64,000 nt of DNA from Camelus ferus. Lineage: Eukaryota. Within the stretch, counting starts at the first letter, position 1. The number at the start of each line of letters is the position of its first letter. Position numbers and translations under genes: made by a program. This document shows positions 50,323-63,670 of this stretch, piece after piece. The notes under the pieces are model-generated. The model made no database searches, was not told the DNA's origin, and worked only from the letters and a program-made list of their open reading frames with translations. The stretch covers positions 2,854,001 to 2,918,000 of the forward strand of contig NC_045698.1 in the NCBI RefSeq assembly GCF_009834535.1, given 5' to 3'.

Positions 50323-50812
50323 CCGCATTTGGGAAATGCCTGCGGAAGACCGAATAGGTCATGAAATCCCAAGGAAAAGAGATTTCGGACAAAAGGCGGT
50401 GAGGACTGGGAGGATTTGGTCTCTGCAGATGGCGAGCAGCTTAAGTTGGAACCAAGTGTCCGGAAGGAGTTTCAGGCGTTTTCTGACAACACGGCTGGTC
50501 TGAGCCTCATGCTAACAGCCACAGACAACTTCATCTCATCTTCACGTTCCCCTGCAAGCCAAACTGCCCCAGCGGTGTCTTTACACTTTCTCTTCTTGGT
50601 ACAATCCACTCCTTGGCCTCTCCCGGCTCCAGGTTTAGATTTAACTAACAAGAAACATTGACAAGTTAGTTTCCTGGCATCATTGATTTCTGTATTTATC
50701 AAGAAGGCGTCTAGGATTTTATATCTGCAAAGCCAGCTCTTCTGATTCTTCCTTTACGGCAGCACTTCAGTTTTTATTCAGGAGTATAAACTCTCCAGGG
50801 AGAATTTGTCTG
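50323..50812 (-). pseudogene. Putative frameshifted large exon remnant (KEESEELALQI*NPRRLLDKYRNQ; LNLEPGEAKEWIVPRRESVK; VVRKRLKLLPDTWFQLKLLAICRDQILPVLTAFCPKSLFLG)
   Basis: Unique sequence with protein-like stretches in shifting frames, bounded by AG at 50813 and GT at 50322. Confidence 0.35.
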
Positions 50813-50929
50813 CTTTATGAGGGACTAACGAAGGACTTACTATCACCAAAGAATTTCAGTCCAGAAGTTACTATCAATAAACCGTCTCCTTTGGAACAAA
50901 TTTGAATGTGCTTTAAAAGGTGCCTTGTA

Positions 50930-51095
50930 GGCGGAGCACAGAGCTCAAGTTGTAGGGAGGCTCAAGCCCTAGTACCGCCTCTAAAAATAAAGAAATAAAC
51001 CTTATCACCTCCCCCCGTAAAAAAAAAGAACACATAAATAAATTATTCTTCAAAAAAATTAAACAAAAACAAACAAACAAACAAAAAAAAAATAA
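50930..51095 (+). mobile_element. Internally deleted Vic-1-type SINE
   Basis: agagctcaagttgtag...ccctagtaccgcctctaaaaataaagaaataaaccttatcacctcccccc and an A-tail. TSD TAAAAGGTG at 50914 and 51093. Confidence 0.75.
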
Positions 51096-51399
51096 AAGGT
51101 GATTTGGTTACTGCTCTTTCCTGAAATGAAACTTTGCTGAATGCCGTGCTGTGTCTCCATTTAGGACAAGCAGACTCAGCCAAAGCAGTGCTTACAAAAG
51201 GATGCTCCCCCCGCCCCCAGGCAGCCTGGGCAGGACCTTCCTGGGTGACCTGCCGCTGAGCTAAGTTCAGGAACTGCTGGTCCAGATGGTCCACCTTCCA
51301 GCCTTGAATTCTGGTTAAAACTGCCCCCAGACTCCTTTCTTCGGGCTCCTGTCTGATGATGAGGACCAGCAGCTGACAGTGTGTCACTTCCTACTGCGG

Positions 51400-51815
51400 T
51401 AGATGGCCCTGTGGCCCCCACTTGTGCAGGTTTCGAGCCCAGCCCTGGAGAGCCTGTGAGGGTTTCATTTGCTGCGTTGTCGTGGAACGGAGGGCCCAAG
51501 TCTGCCCAAGAATTCCATGAGGAGGATGAGCGACACACGGAGCAGAGCCACCCCTGCCAGGCCTGGCTGAGATGAGCAGCTCCGCTCTGGGTACACACTC
51601 ATAAGTGAACCTGGCCGAGACCCGCCTCCACTGGCCAGTGTCCAGACGGATCACCTGTGTCTGAGCCCAGGTGAGGCCAGAAGAACTGCCCCCAAGACCA
51701 ACATGGTCCCTGACCCTCTGTGCTCATGGGCTTGTAAGAAATTACTAATAGCTATTTTTGTATATATCATTGAACTTGGAGGAGGTTTGTTACACAGCAA
51801 GAGCTAACTAGTATA
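51400..51815 (+). mobile_element. MLT1F/G-like MaLR LTR 3' part
   Basis: gccagaagaactgccc...ggaggtttgttacacagcaagagctaactagtata terminus. Confidence 0.65.
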
Positions 51816-52049
51816 TTTCTGTATCTATTGCCTCTCTCTCTCTCTCCTTCTAGAAGGTAAAATTTTGTCTGTTTTATTTATGCTTCCCCACCCCCAAGGA
51901 CCTAGAGATGTGCCTAGCCCTTAGTAGGGACTCAGAAATTACTCATGATTGACAGCATCAATCGCCCAGTCAACTAGATTGGGCCATCATGTAACTCTGA
52001 ACTTGCATTTCATTGCTTCGGCTGCTTGGTGCAGACATCAGAAGGCATT

Positions 52050-52268
52050 TTTAGTCAAAGCCAGATATTCTGGGAAAGCTGGTACAGCCCCCACCACTCC
52101 CCCAGTCAAGGGGTGGTAGAGCTTCCCCCTGTGGCTAATCTCTGTTTGGCTTCCCCTGTCTGGCCTCTCAGTTCCTCCATCACCTGGTAACAAAAACCCT
52201 GCTTTAATCTCCCTCTGTTTGAAATACCTGGAATGGCTTCATTTTCTTGTGGGACCTTGACTAACAGA
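52050..52268 (+). mobile_element. Ancient ERVL-class LTR 3' end
   Basis: ccctctgtttgaaatacctggaatggcttcattttcttgtgggaccttgactaaca. Confidence 0.55.
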
Positions 52269-54778
52269 AATCAGTTACCCTTCTTCATCTGAACCCATGG
52301 AAACTGAGTCTCACAAAATGAAAGGTCTCATGCACGATTTCGTGTCTGGTGAGCGGGAGAGTCGGTCTGTCTCTGGGACGCGTGCTGTTTCTGCCGGGGC
52401 TGACTAGCTGAGGGCTGTAAACCCTCCTGATGAGCTGGGTTTTGCTGCGTTAGTTTCACATATTCCTTTGCTACGTAACTGCCAAGAAGTGGCCACCCTC
52501 TGACTCCAATAACAATTTTCATCCTTGTTTCTTGGGGACCACCAGTGACAGTTCTTCTAAACTAGTGTTGGATGGGTCAGTGGGCTGTCTTTGACCGGCA
52601 AGTGGTAAGCCGCACTCAGGAGGGCTGTAATTAATACCAAAGACTCATGCTGCACCTGGTTGAGCAGGACAAGACCTAGGAAGACAACGATTTGAAAGAA
52701 AAGTCTCTGGGAAGCACTTGGAGCACACAAGACCTAATCAGAGTCATCGTGAACAATGCGTGCTGCCAGCTGCCACTAATATTAATAATAGAAATATTTC
52801 CCACTGTGCCGAAGTCTATAATCATGCTATCAATATTTTGAGAATCATAAATTGAGGTTTTATCTTTAAAAAAAAAATCCTCATACCTTGACCCTTACAA
52901 CCCTTTGGAATATTTATGGTTTTGTCAGAACAAGAGTGCCAGCGCCGAACACCTCCGCGTTTCACCTCTGGGCTCCTGGACCGTGTCGGAGTGAAAGCAA
53001 TCAATATTGGTTAATAAGCCAGATCACTGTTATTAGCATTCTTTACAACCTTGGTGTGCTTCATTTTATGTACAGATTGCCTATGGAAACTTGGGCTTAT
53101 ATCGTGTCTAGACAATGCCTTACATAGTCATTCAAATTAATAATGTGGTAGAATTATCTTATGCTTAATGCAGCTGGCTCTATATTGACTCTGGAAATTA
53201 AATTTACTCCACAGTGGTATTGACTGCTGGGTCTCTGGCTTATTTAATGGATCTGAATGAAGACAGGGCTACATCTCGTGCCTTCAAGCAAAATGTTGAT
53301 AACTCATCATTTTCCTAAATAGTGAGAAAGTGCTTTCTCTAGGAACGTCTCATCCCTCCATAGACTAAATCAGCGGAGGCAGTGTTTGCAGTCGGTTCAA
53401 CTCACCTCCACAGGAGAAAGCAAGAAGGGAGCCATCCCGGGCCGTCTGTAAAACAAGGGGCTGCTGGTTCATGACGTGTGTAGCTCAGGAACCTCAGTGT
53501 ATTTCAAAGGAGTGGGTTAGTCCCAAGGAGTAAAGCTGTGTCCTGTGGATGTGATTCGAACATAATGAAAACGCTCATAAATGCGTATGTCCTAAGCCGG
53601 GCCTGGGAGGTGGGGCCCCACATTGCGGCCTGTGTGTCTCAGGCCCGGGGAGTGCTGGCTGTGCTCTCTGCCCTCGGCCGTCTCTCTGATTTGAGAAAGT
53701 TACCTCTTGAGGAAAAATAATACAGACGACCTTAAGGAGAGACTTTGATGTAGACGCGTTTGATTTAATGAAACGAACCTGCCAACAAGCACCTACTCGT
53801 GCATTTTCTCAGCCTCTCCTCCAGTGATCGTCACCTTAAGAAATGCACACAGGAAAGAGGTGTGACTTGTCTGATTCCAAGAGGTTTGTGTTGTGAAGTT
53901 AATGTTAAGATTGCTCTTCCTAGATTATGTCTAATAACATAGTCCAGGGTCGTTTTAGGACAAGAGCCCCACAGGAGCTGGTTCGTGTGTGAGGGTCAGA
54001 GGTCTGTGTGACCTCCACTCCCCTCACTCTCCCTAACCCCAGCCACCTAAACTTCTATTGGGACCTGACAATCTTTGGCTAAAGTCTCTCTTCTGTGAAG
54101 TTGCAAATAACCCTAAAAGGAGTGCTGTCAAGCACTCGCTCTTCAGGGTGGACATTTACCAGATGACTTCCAACGGGCTGTGGAGTTGCAGCTGGCCCCT
54201 GTGGGAGCCGGCATGGAAGAGCTGAGTTTGGAACAGTCACTGGGCTGTGAGGAATCAGTGCTGCCCAGGGAGGGCGGAGTGGGTGCAGCCTGGCTGTGAC
54301 CATGGTGGCAGGAGGCTGGAGCGTTGAGCTTCTTCTCTGTCCAGCTTCACGTGGATGGTCCAGTGACCGTGTCAGCTCCAGGAGACAGTGCACTTTGCAG
54401 GCAGGTAAGTGAGGGGACCTATTTCCCGAGAAAAGTGAGCAGGGAGACAAGGAGAAAGCCTGAAATGGGATTGAGAATGACAGGGCTCCGTCCGCATGCT
54501 CCAGTCAGGGCACAGAAGGAGTCCACACTCATGTTTGGACCGTGCGTCCTCAGTCAGCCCCACCCCTCCCTCCATCAGGGCGCCGGATGTCCTAACGGAG
54601 GAGAGACTGCACAGCATGGGGTAAATTGGCTAGGGGAGCCACGGGCCTGTACACTGTGAGATCACAACATCCTGGAAATTGAGAAGTTTGTTTTCTGTGA
54701 CCTCATTTGATTCTTTGGACATGTTAGGCAAGTGGCAGGTAAAGATGACCTGGTTCTCCTTCAAAAGTGGTGTCCATG

Positions 54779-55183
54779 TGCATGAGTTTCCATCACAAGG
54801 CACCACAGGAGGGAGGCTTAAAACAACAGAGATGAGTTCTCTCTCTGTCCTGGAGGCTAGAGTCTGAGAACCAGGTTTCCACAAGGCTGCACTCCCTTTG
54901 AGGGCCCTTCATTGCCTTTTCCAGCTTCTGATGACTGAGGGAATCCTTGGCGACCCCAGGCTTGCTGCTGTATAACTGTAGTCTCACCTTGCTTCTGAGT
55001 GTCTGGGCCTAAAGTCCCCTCTTCTTATAGGACCCCTGTCATTGGACTAGGGTCCCTCTAATCCAGTAGGACCTCATCTTAACTTGATGACAGCTGCAAA
55101 GTTTCCAAATAAGGCCACATCCACAGGTTCCAGGGAGAAGATTTCAATGTATTTTTCTGCGGGAAACAATTCAACCTGCCCCA
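54779..55183 (-). mobile_element. MLT1C-like MaLR LTR
   Basis: ggcttaaaacaacagagat...ctggaggctagagtctgag...gtcattggactagggtcc...gacctcatcttaacttgatgacagctgcaaag. Confidence 0.88.
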
Positions 55184-58100
55184 TGGTACTTTCTGATGCC
55201 CGGAGACTGCAGACAAGACCTTTCGGCTTTTCTAAAATAAGCAATTGAGGTTATACTTTGTCCTCTCAGGACTGCTTTAGCTGCATCTCACAAATTTCCA
55301 TAGGTTGTATTTTTATAATCATTCTCTTGAGATTCACTGTTGAGCCATGGGCCATTTGGAGGTATGTTGCTCAATTTCAAAGTGCAGGTTCCTGGGAAGG
55401 AGGCCATAGAAGTAACATTTTACGTATCAGGCAAGTCAGTAGCCGCATCCAGGTCTCCCTAGAGACTGACAGCACCTGTGCGAACCAGCACCGCCAGCCA
55501 ACAGTGACTCTTCCTCATCAAAGAGAAGGCAGGGGGGTTAGAAGCGAGGACACCTTCCTGCTGAGCTGGGCGGAAAACGGAAGGATCTGAGCTTTCAAGT
55601 TGCCGTCTGGCCATAAATGTTCAGAAACAACTTCCTAAGGTGGCTTCTTTGTATAATATTTTCATAACCTGTGGTCACGTTATTCTGGTCAGTCACCATG
55701 CCTACAAAACAGACTCTTTGAAGCAAAATAATTAGAGTGCCCACCCCTCACCCTCTCAGTCTCCTATGCCTGACAGGTGTTCTGTGCTCTTTTGCCAATG
55801 TGAACCCTTCATGCAGTCAGGAAAGCCTCTCTATTGTTCCTGAGGCAGGTGAGTCAGGTAACTCCAGCAAGTTAAGAAATGCAATAGTAACAGAACTCCA
55901 CTGACAAAATCCAGTCAGTCTCCCGAACATTAAGATAAGAAAACACTCAGGACAAGAATGTTTTATTTTGACACAAGTGGGGAAGCTTGCAGGGCCAAAT
56001 CAAGCAACGATCCGAGCATTGCCAATTTTTTTTTATTCCTACCAATGAAACAAATGGAGCACTTTTGTAATATAAAATCTCCCATTGTTCCACCACAGTC
56101 TTCCTTCTGATGAGCTTTAACCAACCATCCAAAGTAGATCATTTCCTCTCACATAGTTTTTTTTTTTTATGTTGTTTTTATCAACGGACCTTCCAGAAAT
56201 AAAGTCCCTTACATGTCGTAACAGTGCTCTTAATAGAGAATTAAGAATACCACGGGGAACTTTGTCTTAGAAGAATTGTTGCTCCTTCTCTCAGCATGCA
56301 TTTAACACTGATATACTTGGAGCTTGGCACCCTGTGCTGTGCAAGAATTTCAGAGGCCCGTGACCCTGTCCTCAGGGGACCTACACAGATGGAGGACATC
56401 AGAGGAAGAGGCGCTGCAGGGCAGGCGAGGTGGAGTCTTAGATGCTGCCTGAGAGATATGCCTGTGCTCTGAAGGCTCAGAAGAGGAGGAAGGTGCTTCT
56501 AACACCAGCACTAAGGAAACCATTGGGAAGAGATGCTGCTAGAAGCAGACTTTGGCAGCGTTCTCAGTCTGTGAACAGAGCAGTGCGTGGACACTGGGGC
56601 CAAGAGAGCATCACTCAGTTAATCAGGAGCTCCACCTTCAAAAACCACAGCAGCTTTCCTGCATAACTCTGGGGGCTGGGGGCGCTGGGGCAGATCTTAT
56701 GGCTTTGAGAACGTCCCGGGGACCGTGTTGGGATGGTCAGCGGGTGGAAGGATGGAAGGGCTGGACCTTTTGTCAAGACATCACTGCTGTTTTTTATTAC
56801 CTCTCTTTTTTGTTTTTGAGTTTTGATGTTGTTTTCATTTCATGCTTATTTTTTTGGTCTGTTTTTCAAGAAGAAAAGAAAGAAAAGAGTAGACATAAAA
56901 GAGAGAAGCAGACATTCGATGATTCTTTAGAACATGAGATACTCATGGTGGGCAGATGGAAACATCGCACCTACAAGGAGACTGTGAACTTCAGCCCTGT
57001 CACCTGAAAGGACTCACTGCTCCGGGGTTTTGTTTTGTTTTGTTTTTTAAGTCACAGACTATCTTTCTATAATTAGATTAGGAGAGAAAAATGAAGAGCC
57101 CACTGTAGCAGGAATAAGCGGGTCTTCTGGGGTCTGGCACCTGAGGAGATGACATCAGTCACTGTGTTTCTCCACCATTTTTCCACGGAGAGCAGACAGC
57201 AGAGACTTGGAACACGTGTGCCTGATGCCAGGTTGCTGTTCTGGCCCATAAGCCCAGGGCCTACAGGGCTGGTGTTGCCCCAGAAGTGGGCTGTGCCCCC
57301 AGACAATTGCGGAGCTGCTCTGTTCCCACAAACCTTTCTCCCAGTCTTCACCACAAGGAGGGCACTTCCATGTGCTCTCAGCCAGGGTCTCTTGTCCAGG
57401 GTTCCTGGCTGGTTGACGACCTCCTGCTCAAAAGCACTTTTGTCATCGCGGCTTGAGATACGATGATCGATTGCAGCCCAAGGAACTGGGGGGCGAACGT
57501 TGAAGGGACAGGTGTCCAGTTTGTGGCATCAGGACGATTCTTCTTGCACGTGATAAGACACTAAGGAAAACTCCAGGCCCTGGTCTGGCGGGTTTTATCG
57601 CAGGGGCGCTGTGGTCGCTCTTCAGGGCCCAGGGAGTTGATGTAAGTTTCTTCCATGTTGCAATTTTTTTTTTTTTGCCAGCCCTTGTGAGATTCTGTAG
57701 CAAAACTAAACCTTCTCCAGCACCACACACGGAACGTTTAGGCGGGGGTGCACGAGAGCGGATACACGTCTCGGCGCACGCACGGCTGTAAAGCGGGAAC
57801 AAGCCCGGCCGGGAGGCTGCAGTCCCAGGCTCAGGTCCACACGCCCAGGGGAGCTGGTGTGCGGCAGCAGGACTGAAGGGTTGCTCTACTCATACTTAAT
57901 ATAAAACGAAGGGGTCGCAATTCATTGTTGCAGGATTTCTTCCTAAAAAATAGGAATTTTGTACCTTTTGTTTTTCTGTACGATGGTCTCTCCTTCACAG
58001 CATTTCTTAATGGGTCACAGCATAAATCTAAATCTACTTTCTCATGCTGTGTGACGGGAGGTTACCTGGTCCCAGTGGCAGGAGTTACAGTCCTGGAATC

Positions 58101-61004
58101 CTCGCTGTTCAAGAGTCCCAGGTTATCAGTTCGCCTAGAACGCACTTCCGCAGAGTAAATGCTCACTAAATGACCCTCAGCTAACTTTACTTCTGTATAA
58201 AAGGGTACTTGGTCTGTGGTTGATCTATTCACAAGCAGACTTAAAAAAAAAAAAAAAAACTTACACATGAGCAACTCTCTTTTTTTCCTGTGGTGAAAAA
58301 TTCTAGTGTAAGTCATCCAAAGTGTAGAAATACCAAAAGCGTCAGAAGCTACTGAATGAGATCAATCAATGAATGATGTGTTTATTCTCTGTCTTGCTTC
58401 TTAATAATCTACGTATATTTTAAAATCAATTTTACTAACATTATTTCACACTTGTCAGACGGAGGTTTTTGTTTGTTTTGGTTTTAGTGTTTTTTTTTTT
58501 TTTTTTTTTTGTCTTTCTGTAATGGGGCTGAAAATTCTTCAGGTGAGCTTTTGCTGAACAAACAGTATAACATCCTTACTAGTGACAAACACTTCTGTGT
58601 GCAAACCTGTATACTTTAGTTAGCAAGCATTGTCCGACTTTTGTATGACGGTAGAATCACGACACTTAGATGTGCTAACTTAACGTTGAAATGACTTCTA
58701 TTTAAAATAAAGCAACTTGAGGGAAGGAGCTTAGCGAGGCACCCCGTCCCACACAGGTTTATTCCTGTGGCCGCATTTTGTTTTCCACATTGGCCCAGAT
58801 TGCACGTTAGTCCTGCAGAGGTGTGAGGGAGAAACAGAAGACGCAGCAGCATCGCTGTTCATCTTACTGGGAAATAGCTCGGATTTGCCTTATGTGAATG
58901 GCAAGTATCTAATCCAGACAGAGTCTTAGTTAGGATAGCATCGTACAGGCTAAAATAGAAATAGTTTCCTCATGTGGAAGTCACGCTTCAGTGTTTCAAA
59001 ACGTTCCTTATCCGGTCCGTCACCCTCCTGAAGAAATGGCATACGCTATCTTCGGACGCTCCGTCCGCTACGTTGACGTGCGTGTGCAGTGAAATGGATT
59101 CTGGGCCGGGCCACGTGGAACATTAAAGGGAGCATGGCCAGGATGTCAGAAAACCTGAGTTCTAACCGTGCGTCTGACTTCCCCACGGCCCTTACCTCAG
59201 GCAGGGCCCGGGACCTCTGAGAATCCGCACTCCCAGCTGCAAAGCAGTGACAGCAGTTGTGAGGTTTGCTGTAAGAACGAGACGCCACCCGGTGTTGAAG
59301 CCTGTTCAGCCATGGCTCAAGCTCCAGATACACGGAAGGCATGGTGTCATTCATTGGCTCTGTCCGTGTGCAAGATTCTAACAAGGAAAGACCAGAAACA
59401 CCAACTTTTGCTCTGGCCGCTGCAGAGGAGGGGGCGTGTGTAAAACCCAGCTGAAGGAGATGGGAACTCAGTGCAGCCCTCTTCAAGCTCTGCCTCAGGG
59501 GTGGATCAAAGTCGTCTTCTGTTGGGAGCTGCGTGCATTCTCCCTTCATCTTTGGGGGCTTTCCTGCTCCAATAGTGAGTGCTACCCACATAAAGGGGAG
59601 GCCTGCTCTGAGGTACGTGAGCGTGTCTGCACGGTTATGTCATTTCTATCGGCCATATGTTGACAGTATGTACCCGAGAGTTAGTCTTATTGGAAGAGGG
59701 TTCTACATCAATAGTTCTGGAAAACATATAAGGGAAGAGTGTTTGCAAAGGGCATGCTTCAGTGAACATGCCTTCCTAGGGCTCGTCTGTAAAAGGATTT
59801 TCAGGCACGCATTCAGCACTTGGTCTTAATTTTCTGTTGATTTCGAAGCTCTGGCAAACCACAAGCAGCTCTGTGGGCTTCCCCACCAAGCTGGTTTCCC
59901 AGATGGAGATGCAGCAGTGGATCTTATCCCAAGTCACCATGACATGCAACAAGGAAAAAATAAAAAGAACGGTGCGGATCCCCAGAGCTTTGCACATTCG
60001 CCTAAGACACCGTTTTGGAACGTCCACGCCCTGTCTGTGATCAGAGTGATGGGTGCCAGGTACACATCACAGGAGTGGTTTTGCTCTTTTATGTCTCGCT
60101 TATATTTCCTTGTTCTTAATAAGTTTCTTTCTTTGTGAAAATTTCTCAGGTATCGAATGGAAAGAAAAATGATCAATTTTTTGACCAGACATTGTAAGTA
60201 CTAATGTACAATTAATTTTTTAATGAAATTCTTATTTCTATATGTATTTTGGACTATTGATTGTCTGATCGACATGCTATGTATCCCATCTGAGCAGCAA
60301 GACAGTTACCCGCTCACCCTAGTTGTTAGCCTCGGGCCTCCCTGTCCCAGGAATGCCCCTGTGCACAGGTAAAAACTTTTGCTTTTCTGAGATTTGAAAG
60401 GTAGCCCTGAGCTGGTCCCCAGTTCATTCAGGCAATGGCATAAGGTCCTAAAGTCTTTTGCAAAGCAGGAAAAATATCTATGACTTCCAAGGAGGCACTT
60501 TTGAAACAGTGAAGTGTTAAAATGGTCTGTAACCATCATTTCCTCTGTAATGCAGTGCGGAGAGTTTCGCCAGCGACCCGGTCCTCTGCAGAATGCGCCG
60601 AGCGGAGCCCTGGGCGACCTCTCAGGGTGCCCGGGGCAGTTTGGCCTCAAAGACGCACTCTCACACGTCATGTAAGTCAATAAGACTCTCAGAAACATTA
60701 TGCATATAATGAGTGAAAAATAATTAAATCCACCTCAGCACAAAGGGGACTCAACAGCAGTGTATTTTAATAAAAAGTCAGCAGCTTCCACCATCTTATA
60801 CCATGTTTTGCAAATTCCGGTTTTCCGTTGTGGTGTTAGATTTTCCTCAAGTGTGACACTTCTTTGTTCCTCACTACGTATCCCTTCACGTTCTCAGAGA
60901 CACTCAAGAGAATCAGTTCATTATTCCTTTCAAACAGAAACGCATCATGAAGAGTGATCATTATTTTGTAATAATAGAAGCCAAATTGTCCTTGAGTTTT
61001 TATC

Positions 61005-61108
61005 TTTCCCTTCCTTCCTTTCTTCCTTCCTCCCTCCTTCCTTCCCTTCCTTCCTTCTTTCCTTCCTTCCTCCTTTCCTTCTTTCTTTCCTTTTTTCCCC
61101 TTTCTTCC
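61005..61108. repeat. (CCTT)n microsatellite
   Basis: Directly visible. Confidence 0.9.
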
Positions 61109-61536
61109 CAGGAATCATCCTAGGAAAAGATCCCCAAAGGATTCCAGATAAGGACCAGAGTTAGTTGTTCAACCGAGGCTGTACTGGGAGAGGCCAGTGA
61201 TATTATAGCAAATAAATGTTGACAGCAACATACAGGTTCAATACTGACTCTACCTAATTACTCACTCTTGAAATCTAAAACCTTCCTAACTGAAAAAAAT
61301 ACTACTTTGTTCTATTATATTGGCTAAGAGTTTCCAGGCCTTTTGCCAAGAAGGTGGCAAAGGTAAAGACCATATTTGGAAAAGACAGGGATGTTGTTTG
61401 CATGTAGTGTGTTTCCAGGAAACAAAGGTTTTTCTTTTATTTCTGGGAAAATATGTGACCATCATATTGAGTCCTAAGATTTTCTCCTGTAGGGCAAACT
61501 TTTAAGTGATGTTGGATTGAAATTACGATAAAAAGA

Positions 61537-61537
61537 G

Positions 61538-61574
<37 letters not shown>
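61537..61574. repeat. Compound (CA)n(GA)n microsatellite
   Basis: Directly visible. Confidence 0.9.
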
Positions 61575-61871
61575 AATTGAAGCTTTAGTGACACTTAATC
61601 AGAGAAGGAAAAGCAAACCAGTATTTACTCCTTCTCTGATTGATTTACCAGAAGAACAACCGTCAGGAACAAGAAGGTTTTCCTTTATCTTTTGCATTTT
61701 ACCCATTAATTAATTTAATTTAAAAATCTTGCTTCATTTTCGCTGCCAGACGTCTGCTCCCCTGCACCCCGTCAGCAAAGCTGCATCATTTCTATGAGCC
61801 ACTGTAGCTGCAGGCTATCTTGGTAACAGTCTGTGATGTTAGTAAATAAGGACAGTTTTATTTAGTCATAT

Positions 61872-62801
61872 GGATTTTAAGGCCTTCTTAATCTTTCTGT
61901 CTTTCCCTTTCTTGGCTCTCATCAGTCAAAGAAAGCACCAGGTAGAGCTGTTATCGGATACTCTATAATTTTACTGGCACCTCAGACTGAAATGTCTTCA
62001 GTGTATCCTGGGATGTGTAAATCTCCGTGTTTTATCTTCCAGGTTTTTACCTTTCCTTTGCTATTTCCTTGCTGGGTTAAAATCCACATGAATATGAGCT
62101 CCGGTGATTGATCTATGTGTAATACCTACACAGAGTAGCAATTAGTAAATAATCGATCATGACTCTCTTTGTACTTCCGTGATCAAATAGATGCTTGAGT
62201 GTGTGTTACCACTGAGAATCCTGTTTCCTTGTTACTTTTCGAGGAAATGTTGATGGATTTCACATATCTCAGTCTGTACAAACTAATATCCTGAGATGGC
62301 TAGTCTATTAGAAAATCTCTAACTAGTGATGTTTAGGATCTGACCTGATATGAATTAATAAGAATTCACACATTTTGAATCCAATGGAGTAAAATTATTA
62401 AGAAAATGTTTTTGCTCATAAAGTTTGGTACCAATAATAGACATAAAGTAGATTGGAAAAAATAAGTGAAATTCAAAAATCCATGTCTCATAGAACATTT
62501 TATTTGATACAGATATATTAAAGCTCTGCCTTTATTTTGCATCAAAGAAACCAGGTTAATCTGAAACAGAAAACAAATACAGACATTCTATAGACTTAGC
62601 CATCTTCCCAGAGAAAATTAATATTTCAACACCTACTCATGCTCATTTTCTTAATAAGAAGAAAGCAACCCTTGCAGTCTGAAGACGGGTGCGCCCAGCG
62701 CATGCCTCCTTACCGACTAGGCATCTGGGAAAGGGGAGACGGGGATGCTGCAGGCAACCAAGAAAGGGGAAGACAGAAAGATTAAGAAGGCCTTAAAATC
62801 C
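61872..62801. repeat. 44-bp inverted repeat pair (61872-61915 and 62758-62801), 43/44 identical
   Basis: Reverse complement of 61872-61915 is CCAAGAAAGGGAAAGACAGAAAGATTAAGAAGGCCTTAAAATCC; 62758-62801 is CCAAGAAAGGGGAAGACAGAAAGATTAAGAAGGCCTTAAAATCC. Confidence 0.95.
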
Positions 62802-63670
62802 TTAAAATCCACCTCAAGGAAGATGTATCAGAGCCCGGGTCACTGTCTTTTCGCTTCCCTTTATAATTACCCTTTCCTTCTGAGCATCTTCTGCTCTGAA
62901 ACAAATGGCCCTTGTTCCATGAAATTTATATGAGTTTTACAGCAAGAAATGGCCTCTGACAGGGTTGTTTTGACCCACCCATGCCCAGCCCTGATCAGTC
63001 TGCGTCCAGCGACATGAGGGGGCTACCAGCATCATCCACAGCCCTGTGGAGGAGCTCATGAATAATTCACACCAGGAGATATCTTTTTTCCCAATGATCA
63101 CAGTGGCTTTATTTTGCTAAATAAATAATCATTATTTTAGAATAATTACACTGTTTGGATGTTTTTCATGTGTAAACTATTGGATAAATTAACTCCTACT
63201 ATATTCATGCACAGTCCCTGTTTTAAATCAAACCACAAATGGAATGTCAGATTTAAAAAAAAATGATTATGAGTCAACATAAAAGCGTGAAGCTGTATTG
63301 CATTCATAATTTTAAATCCTTCTTCTAACAATATGTTGGCCTGTGGTTTTGGTAAAAGATGTAGAGAGAATTGCAGATAAAGTGAGAAATTTTCCAGAAT
63401 AAAAACTCCTGTAGAAAACATATTAGAAACATATCTCTCCACTGTAAGAGGGTTTTTTATTTGTTTGTAGCCATATTTTTCTGCCTTAAGTAATATTGAT
63501 AATCCTTGCACCTAATTTAACTTTATTATTCTTTGGCAAACCACCATCCATACACCGTTACGATTAAATCCAAATAAAATATTGAGCTTATTTTACAAAA
63601 TGTATGATTGTAAGCGTGGTTCTGGCACAGACCCACAGTAACCCCAGCAAATAATTAAAACCTTATTTAC

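Noticed and set aside
58066..58192. Minus-strand exon-like segment with good splice sites and an open frame
   Set aside because: Overlaps an L2-terminus-like motif (gcctagaacgcacttccgcagagtaaatgctcactaaatg), so probably coincidental. It also shows that some of my other exon calls could be chance.
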